The notes under the pieces are model-generated. The model had not been told where the DNA came from, did no database searches, and worked only from the letters and a program-made list of their open reading frames with translations. A stretch of DNA of 56,118 nt, counting the filler, from Circinaria calcarea (Eukaryota), in assembly GCA_051942165.1 (NCBI GenBank). It is 5 parts of 5 records of this genome, joined end to end, with 100 filler letters (N's around TTAATTAATTAA, not from the genome) between each part and the next. Parts side by side here need not be neighbours in the genome. Positions count along the whole stretch, not along the records: positions 44,992 to 56,118 come from JAVECS010000708.1; 4 more parts are not named here. One strand, written 5' to 3'. Numbering within the stretch: position 1 is the first letter of the stretch; each line of letters starts with the position of its first letter. Positions 48,402-56,118 of this stretch are shown here, in pieces. Position numbers and translations under genes: made by a program.

Positions 48402-51254
48402 ATGGTGGGGAACACAAGTACTTTGAACGTAGACATCAGCTCCGAATCAAATCGTCCACCAATCGACAATTTGCAGCCAACTCCCACCATTTTAGACAAA
48501 GATCACATCGACAGCCTATATAAAAGTATTAACAGCAAGCTGCACAGGGCGAATGATTCTGATCCCACAAAATTCCTCTGCGACGAAGACCTGACCCAGG
48601 TATGGTCTAACATTAGTGACCTTGAGCGACTGTTTCCTTCATGGGATGCTTATGATCTCTCTTGCATACAAAAAGATTATGTTAAGATATTATCTATTCT
48701 TATACTCATTCAGTGGCCATTCTCGTCTGAGGCGTTTAAAGGGGATTTCTACTTACTTGACCGCGTGGACGCCAAGCTGCCATTTGAACAGAGTTCTCTT
48801 CGATCATTGGGAAATCCATATGCAAAACAGTTTGACCGGAAGCAATATACTTTAGTACCGTTGTTTATAGAGGACAAATTCGATGCGCAGATAGAGGACT
48901 GGCCTAAACGTCGACCTTGGCCCTTCGAAGAAGAGCCAAACCAGATCGGAGCAGGTGCGTACGGTAAAGTTTTCCGTGCGTATGTCGCGAGTCATCACCT
49001 AAGAACTATCAATGAGAGCAATGACATCAGTTCGAACGACAAAGTAAGTATGGCCACTGAGGTAGTCAAGTCCCTTTAGAATATTTATTAAAATGTGATC
49101 AGAAAACAGCCGTCGTATACAAGCAGGTCTCCGACCCAACATCGTACGAGATTGAGGTTGGTAATTTAAGTTACTTGAAAAAAAGCCTTCGAGGACACCA
49201 AGCTATCTCGCTACATTTAGCGGCAGGAATCCAAGGATCAAACTTCTATATATTCCTCCGTTACGCCGAGCTTGGTGATCTTGAAACCTTATTGCGGAGT
49301 GGCCAGGGATTAGAACCGAGTACACAATCATATGATTTTGATGAGAAGTTCCCAGATTATCATCCTAAGCACCTTTTCGATCAACTTGCCGGATTAGCAG
49401 GAGCTTTGGACTTTCTACACGATAACCTTGAGGTGCCGACGCGTCCAGGCACATATTGTAGCCATATGGATCTGAAGCCCAACAATGTATTAGTATTTCC
49501 TCAGCCTGGTCAGCCCGTCGGCGCATGGAAACTGAGCGACTTTGGGATATCAGCTTTCAGCAGCGGACGGCTTGGAACCCGAACGATTGGAGATATAGCG
49601 AGCTCGGGAGTCTCTCGCCAAGACAGACAAGGGGCTCATCGAGCGCCCGAGTTGGATGCCTGGTATTTACAATCGTTCTCTGGACGAGCAAGTGATGTAT
49701 GGTCGTTTGGCTGTATCTTCTGTGAAGTCTTGGCATTTGCCATTGGGAGAACTAATGGTCTGCAAGACTTCAGGGTGGGTCGGCGGCACGATAGAAAGGA
49801 CTGTTTCTATACGAGGGAGAAACTATCAGGCTCAAGCAAAGGTGGAGTCGACGATAATGTTTTAACAACCGAGGATTACAGATATATCACACTGCCTTAC
49901 GTCAAGAAATGGCTCGATGATATCGCACCAACGCGATTGGACCAGGATTTCGGTGCAGAAACGTATGCCTCAATTATTAAAGAAATACTCGTCACCCGTC
50001 CAGATTCACGACCCAAAGCCAAAGCAATTCTAACCCAGTTGAACAAGGCGAGGAAGAATATATCTAACCCAAATGCTAAAGATTCTCCCGGTGCTACTAG
50101 GAGGTGGAAATTGGAGTTACCTAAAGACAAAGTCATCGATTGGACCCTGTCTCCATCTGGAGACTCCGCAGCCTTTCTTTTTCGAGGGCGATCGACTAGT
50201 CATGTTGCTATATTTGAGCTTCAAGAAAAATCACCGGCTGTTAGGCCATATCTAAGATCGCATCTAGATAGAAACTTGCAGAAAATAAGTATTGCCGGAT
50301 CTTACTTCGCAGTCCATGGTCCTGATTCAAATGGAGCGAAGGAGGTATTGAAATAATTACTATCTTTAAACATAGATTTCTCGAACATACAACTAACATC
50401 TGATAGATATACCTCGGGAACTCTCAAACTGGGAAATATATTGAAGAACCATCTAATGCCAGTTCCGACCTACGCGGCATTTACCCGTCAAGAAGAGGAG
50501 TCTTCGCCTTCGAGTACAACGAAAAAGTGACGGTCTGGAACTCAACGTTAGGGGCTGTATCCACACACATCGAGAGATACTGATTCTTTTTTTAGTGATA
50601 TGCTACCCCAATCGAAAATATTTTCTACCCAACAGCCCTACTCTGTTCACAAAATAGCGTTCAACTCTACCGGCACCTACCTTTTTGTATGGGCAAGAGC
50701 CGGTAATCGTTCGGATCTCGTTTCAATCTTTACAGTTTACGATGATTCGGAGAAGCCGAGAATAACGTGTACACTGCCTACGGTGAGATAGTAACCTATA
50801 ATATTCGGTCCAAAGTTACAATCTGATGAATGATAAGGAACATATATTAGGAGAGTCCCTTCTTTTGCCGTGTATAACTGAGTCGCATTGTGTTGTACAA
50901 ATGTCCAACCGACGTCTCTTCGTTCCACAGGTTATAGAGAACACGACGGAATGGACGGTGAAAAACAATTATAAGTTTGAAGCGGATCCTCTGACGTATG
51001 CTGCCAATGATCATGCTTTGATATACCTTCATAAGTCTGGCAATTTGTTAAAATCAAGATGTCAGATCTGGGAGCAACGATTCTATATCAGTGTTGATGG
51101 AACATGGGCTCTTAAAGCGCGTGCCAAACAGCATCAAGAGACTATGATGAAAGGTGCTATTCTCGCAGTCGGGGAAGCTTCTGACGAACAAATTGTGACT
51201 TTATGTAATATTAAGGGAGAGGTGGAAAAGTTTAGAATACCATTCAATGCATAG
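48402..51254 (+). CDS. Non-RD Ser/Thr protein kinase with an N-terminal helical region and a C-terminal beta-rich (propeller-like) region
   Basis: Gly loop GAGAYGKV, intron 49044-49102, then VVYK, HMDLKPNNVL, KLSDFG, APE and DVWSFGC. Downstream exons have WD-like strands (WTLSPSGDSAAF, IAFNSTGTYLFVW). Stop at 51254. The start codon is uncertain. Confidence 0.85.
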
Positions 51255-51679
51255 AATCTCAGCATTCTGCTATTCCCCAGACCCGCATAAAGTGGTATAT
51301 TTGTACTTGTGCATCCTGATCATAGTATCTGGTCGAGGCGAACGCCTATGTCTACTCCCTTATCTGAGGGAGAGGTCGTCGGGGGGAGGTCGCCCAGTTT
51401 CCAAATTGTAGTTTACTCGGTGGCGCCAAAAAGAAAAAAAATCATGGACTTAAACTCCTAGTTGTTGACACTAATAACTTTCCCTGTTGAACATATGCTT
51501 ATCTCCTAAGTTTTGTGTAACGGTCGCAACGAGCAGCGTGCAGCCTAATGCCAGATTATCCCGCAATGAGTTGGATCGCGTATAATCGGGTCGCACGCTA
51601 TGCATAATCCCTTCATACTCAAGACTCAGTCTACCTCTTTCGCTTCTCTGCCGTCGCAATCTCACAGACTTGTGGAATC

Positions 51680-52081
51680 ATGCCTTCGCTCAAGAAAACC
51701 GTGATCCGACCAGACGAATCAAATTACTTCCTCAGCGACCACATACTTGAAGCCTTCTTGAAAAGACGGTTTCCGAGGCAGAAAGATTTTAATATCGAGG
51801 TAGTGCCTGCCGTCTTCGTTGCTCATTAACGGCGCCTTAGACACTAACTGAGCCTGTTCAGAATTACAACTATCGCTGGACTTTTGATGCCCCCGAGGTC
51901 GTTGATAATGTAAGTGCCTCAACTGGGTTCGTCACTTGCTGACATGGATTAATCGACTATGTAGTCTGAGATCAGGTGGGCCTGTAAACTATGCGTCTAC
52001 ATCTTGTTGCTTACATACGAGAATAGGAAATGGATCGAGGAGATTCAAGCCGAAGAGCTTCGAAAGAAGCAGCAAAAATGA
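51680..52081 (+). CDS. 77-aa four-exon microprotein, absent from the ORF track
   Basis: Exons 51680-51799, 51862-51909, 51965-51975 and 52027-52081. All introns are GT..AG with branch-like CTAAC/CTGAC/CTTAC. The product is MPSLKKTVIRPDESNYFLSDHILEAFLKRRFPRQKDFNIENYNYRWTFDAPEVVDNSEIRKWIEEIQAEELRKKQQK*. Confidence 0.72.
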
Positions 52082-52315
52082 TATTTGCAGCGCGCAAATA
52101 GAATACGCATTGGATAAGGCAGAATAGAAGGTTAAGGCTTTCCTCAGGCCATGATCCGGGGCGGCATAAGGCTGGATGATTGCGCCTTGACTCCTGATTT
52201 GAGGGCGGCGCAGGCAGCGGGGTTGATTATCAAGTAGTATAGTCTAATCAAGTCCTGCTCTGACTTTGTTCTCCTTGATATGATTGATGTGCTGCTGTGG
52301 AAACTACATACGAGT

Positions 52316-54034
52316 ATGACTATCGCCGAGGACCACTCGATGATGCCGAGCTTCCCGCCGGATTCTCTCTTTGTTAGCGGCACTAAGCAGCTTCGTGATA
52401 GAGTCGCAGAGCTATCCTCATCTCTATTTTCAGATACCATCGACGTTCGAATCATCGATATCGGCAAGGACGGCCCCCATGGTAAGTCTGCACTCACCAA
52501 CATTAATTCCACCACTGACCCTTTCCCTGAGCTCTAGCTACATGCAGTAACAGAATATATTCGACCGATGGGGAAGTAGAAACAGCAATCTCTAGCTCTA
52601 TTCACCCTCCACTTAGGATCATGTGAGTCTATGTGTTGTGCCAGCGCAGGGGATACGCCTGACTGTAAGGTATCAGCTCCCTACACTCCCTTGCAGTGGT
52701 ACTGCCATTGCGAATCACCAGCAGTTTGATGTGGAAAATTGTGGACCGCTATACGATCAGCGCGGACTTTCTTCATGTCTTGTGTTCGTTTGGGGGAGCT
52801 CCTCTGCCGACCGAAAGTGGAAGCAGTAATCTAGTCGCTGCAAAAGCCGCAGATAGTTCCTCGGGTACGTCTTGTACCAAAGTGGGCTCTTCGACTGATC
52901 ATCTGCACAGGGACTTGCTGTTACCGACTCCAGTATGTGGAGAACAATCTCAGAGGTGGCTTCAATCCATGGTCACTGCGGCATACTGGGCTCTTCCACC
53001 ATTATACGGACCAATTCAATCTTTGGATACTTCTCCATCCAATGAAGGATAGCATATTCGAGACGCAGCTTGCGGATTTCCTTCAGCAAAACTGTGGTCC
53101 CAATCTCATGGCTGAAAGGTTGCTACGTTCCCCTTCCTGTTTACATGTCATGTTGTGTTCAGCCTACCTTGATAATTGGAGATGGTGGCTGAGAGATTTG
53201 GGAGAACTGGTGTCTCTCAACGTACGTGTAGACGATTCAAGGCGATGATATGCAGAGAACGAAGGCTTATGACCTATAGAATGAAATAGCCTTCACTTCA
53301 GATATGTCTTCACCAGTGAAAGTGGATCGGGGCGTTCTCGAGTTCAATGAAGTTCGGAAACTCAGGCATGCCTACGACAGAATTGTCTCCGCCCACGCAC
53401 TTTGCAGGAGCAATGTAATAGTGCTTGCAGGCATTGAGAAGATTTCAGAGTCATTTATTCTGTCGAATAATGATGGAGAGGCGGAAGAACTCTTTGGAAA
53501 GTACTTTACCTCGGCAGCAGAAAGGTTGAGAGGATATCTACAGGGATTCGAAGTCTTGGAGCGAAAAGCCCTGAATGCTATAAACCTAGTAGGTCCGCCC
53601 GTAGAAACTTGGGCGCGATACTAAAGGCGGGCTTTAGTCGTCATATGCGCTGAATTGGCGGTACCAAAACACAGGAGCAGATATCAACAATCACCTTCTC
53701 GAGCTGACACAGCATGGGGCTGATGACAGCGCAACCGTCAAAACAATCACGGTTGTATCGCTGTTCTATCTACCAGGCAGCTTCATTGCCGTGAGTACTG
53801 CAGTATTGTAGACATAAGCTTTGCTAAATTCTCCTCTAGACTCTGTATGGGGCAAATTTCTTCCTTTTCGACCCGGATCTCCAGAGCCTCATCATTAGCC
53901 ATAATTTTTGGATATTTCTTGTCTCTTGGATTCTAATTACCACGATCACCATCGCCATATACGCTAGTCTTCGTTGGTACAAAGGACGTCCAAAGCGACC
54001 AAACATGGCCATTGATCTGGAGATAAACGGGTAA
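52316..54034 (+). CDS. Divergent CorA-like protein with two C-terminal TM helices and GAN in place of GMN
   Basis: Spliced motifs PLRIT..., FLHVLCSFG, LQYVENN..GFNPWSLRHTGLFHHY, WILLHP and LHVML...YLDNWRWWL. A long coiled region is followed by DSATVKTITVVSLFYLPGSFIA-TLYGANFF and a second TM helix FWIFLVSWILITTITIAIY. Stop at 54032-54034. Confidence 0.8.
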
Positions 54035-55373
54035 GAAAACAACAGAGAGGCAAAATCAAACGTCTACAGCAGTTCTGTTTAGATTTCGTTTAGGTTTGGT
54101 AGAAGAAGGCTGTTGTTATGACAAAGGATGGAGCAAGGGGGCAGTTGGCTATTTAGCCAACTAGCAGACCGTAGATTGACAAACGAATCTACGTATTTTC
54201 CATCAGATGCATGCTCTCCCCTGACAGCTGTGCTCTCTTGAAATCGTGTCTAGAGGATTAGGGTCGGCGTAGGTGGTTAGTGCTGGTGATAAAATGCCTA
54301 TGGTCACGTTGTGCCTAAGCATTTGGAAGGGAATTTGAATGGGTTGAAGCTATCGGATCACTATAGGTTTATAGTAGTATTTATGATAATCATGACCTTG
54401 TAGCTTGCCCACTTTGAAGCGGGGCAGTAAACCTGTAAATAGAGGGTTTAATGATCCTCCGGGAGTATTCTCTATGGAATGCGCGGGTGTGCAGAACTTG
54501 TGCACGCATAACCACACCTTCCATCACATTCCAACAACTGGGTTCAAATCCGCCAGGCTGTTGAATCCATACGTGAAGAAGGTAAGTCAGATGAGATCGA
54601 GGTCGCTGTCTAAGATTCAATAATATACAGACAAAGTCACTTAAAATTCTGCGTACTCATTTCACTTATTAGGGTTAGAATAGTCAGGTGATGCCCAGAG
54701 ATCGAAGCGAGTCGCCTGATAGCATTACTAGCTAAGTATTTGCTTTCACCAATGGGATCAAGCAGAGAGATGAGCATAATACCCTTGAGTCCCTGCTTCT
54801 GTGGGGATAGGCATGGGGCAACTGGTAAGTAAGGGAACCGCAAATACAAGCGTAGGCTAGGGTTCAAGTGCTTCGAAGGTGGTTCCATAGTACGTATGAG
54901 GACAATGGATGTTGAGCCATGATTGTCTGCTCTTTGTAGCGTCGTATTCTGCACTCGAGCTCCATCTTTAGAGGACAAGAAGCCCACAGGAAGGTAGATC
55001 TGGTAGAACTAGAATTTTTTTAGCATCAGCTGGCCTCACCAAATGCCAAAAAATCACAAATAAGTACGCCTTGGTGTTGGTCCAGTTTATAACCGATGCA
55101 AGCATTCTCTTATCCTCTCTCGGACTGGATTCTCTACCCATCTTTCTCCCATTATGGCACAGCCCAGCATTCCCATTCCGCTTTTCCGAGACGTTAAAGC
55201 TTCTAAACCGTTGGCCGACGCAGCTATGCCTTCACATTGCCCAACTCCACCTTGAACGAATTGCAACAACAAGCTTCAGTTAGATTACAAGTTCGCTGTG
55301 GGTTATGATACTTTGAAGAGTTTGTACAAGTACTTCATTTGTGAACAATTATCGATACACTAAGCCATCCACA

Positions 55374-56118
55374 TTAAATGCTAAAGGTATAGCCCTCTTC
55401 GTCGCGAGAACGAGAGTAGTAGCCATTCATCTCCAGCTGCAATATCAGCTGATCAATGTTCTTACGCCCATCTACACTCATATTCGCATGATCAAAAGGA
55501 TTGCTCATGCCATCAGGTGTCCTCTTATTCACGCCATGATCTCTTCTGTAGCTCATTCCTTTGCACGCGCGTATGAAGGTCCTAATGTTGACGTCGAGCT
55601 TCTGGTATAGCTCCCTCACTCTAAGATTTTTATTTGTGGTAACGTGCTGATTCCCGTTCTTAGAGACTGACTCTTTCGCATACAAAAGAATTAGACGGAA
55701 AATGTCCTCTAAAAGATGCATCACCTTCTCTTGCCGTTTTCGTAGTAATAAAGAAAACAGCATGCGGTCCAGGACCTGCTCATGGTATTCTTGGAGATGG
55801 TGCAGTCCATCACGTTCTCCAAGACCACTTCCAGCATGGTCAACATCAACTCGCTTTTCGAGGCTGTCAAGATCCCTCTCGAAGTAATCCCATGTTGAAC
55901 GAATGCCACATTCAAAGAAATACCCACAGATGGTTGTCACGAACCAATGAGCCACGGTACAAAAACGCTGAGAGGCCAGATCTATCGATGACAGATCACG
56001 CCCTCTGGTCCAGCCGTCACGAGACATCTGGTTGACAACGAACATCATACGTGTCAGTTTGAGGAGTAGTCTGAATATTGTATCATATTTCGCCAGGCAG
56101 GATAAAGTAAATATCGTA
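55374..56118 (-). CDS. C-terminal part of a gamma-tubulin complex component (Spc97/Spc98 family, probably GCP6-like); 5' end outside the window
   Basis: GRIP2-like C-terminus: AHWFVTTICGYFF...TWDYF, L..YHEQVLDRMLFSLLLRKRQ..V..LLEDIF..IL and QLILQLEMNGYY. Confidence 0.75.
   Translation of the reverse strand, partial: TIFTLSCLAKYDTIFRLLLKLTRMMFVVNQMSRDGWTRGRDLSSIDLASQRFCTVAHWFVTTICGYFFECGIRSTWDYFERDLDSLEKRVDVDHAGSGLGERDGLHHLQEYHEQVLDRMLFSLLLRKRQEKVMHLLEDIFRLILLYAKESVSKNGNQHVTTNKNLRVRELYQKLDVNIRTFIRACKGMSYRRDHGVNKRTPDGMSNPFDHANMSVDGRKNIDQLILQLEMNGYYSRSRDEEGYTFSI

Noticed and set aside
42209..54034. Apparent cluster of two CorA genes flanking the permease and kinase
   Set aside because: The canonical CorA (42209-44324) is on a different contig, separated by the artificial linker at 44892-44991.

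Overview
Intron-containing eukaryotic DNA from a filamentous ascomycete. A lichen-forming lineage is plausible (mycosporine cluster, small Cys-rich proteins) but this is inference only. The window is not contiguous: five contigs of steadily decreasing length (11157, 11154, 11143, 11137, 11127 bp) are joined by artificial 100-nt N44-TTAATTAATTAA-N44 linkers, so gene neighbourhoods only mean something within a contig. Contig 1: galactose oxidase (AA5_2 with CBM32), a two-domain Cys-rich hypothetical protein and an IRC20/SHPRH-like SNF2-RING gene. Contig 2: a partial GC-rich gene, VPS10, and a head-to-head RPT1/CCT4 pair. Contig 3: a Gfo/Idh/MocA oxidoreductase, a complete mycosporine (UV-sunscreen) core cluster (O-methyltransferase, DDGS, ATP-grasp ligase) and a MARVEL-like protein. 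Contig 4: a tandem Ulp1-like (clan CE) protease/pseudoprotease gene with an apparent 1-nt frameshift, an F-box-like protein and a canonical CorA. Contig 5: a compact four-gene module (divergent amino-acid permease, non-RD kinase with a beta-rich tail, a hidden 77-aa four-exon microprotein, and a CorA-like protein with GAN in place of GMN), then the 3' end of a gamma-tubulin complex gene. The contig-5 module and the tandem protease gene are the best candidates for undescribed biology.
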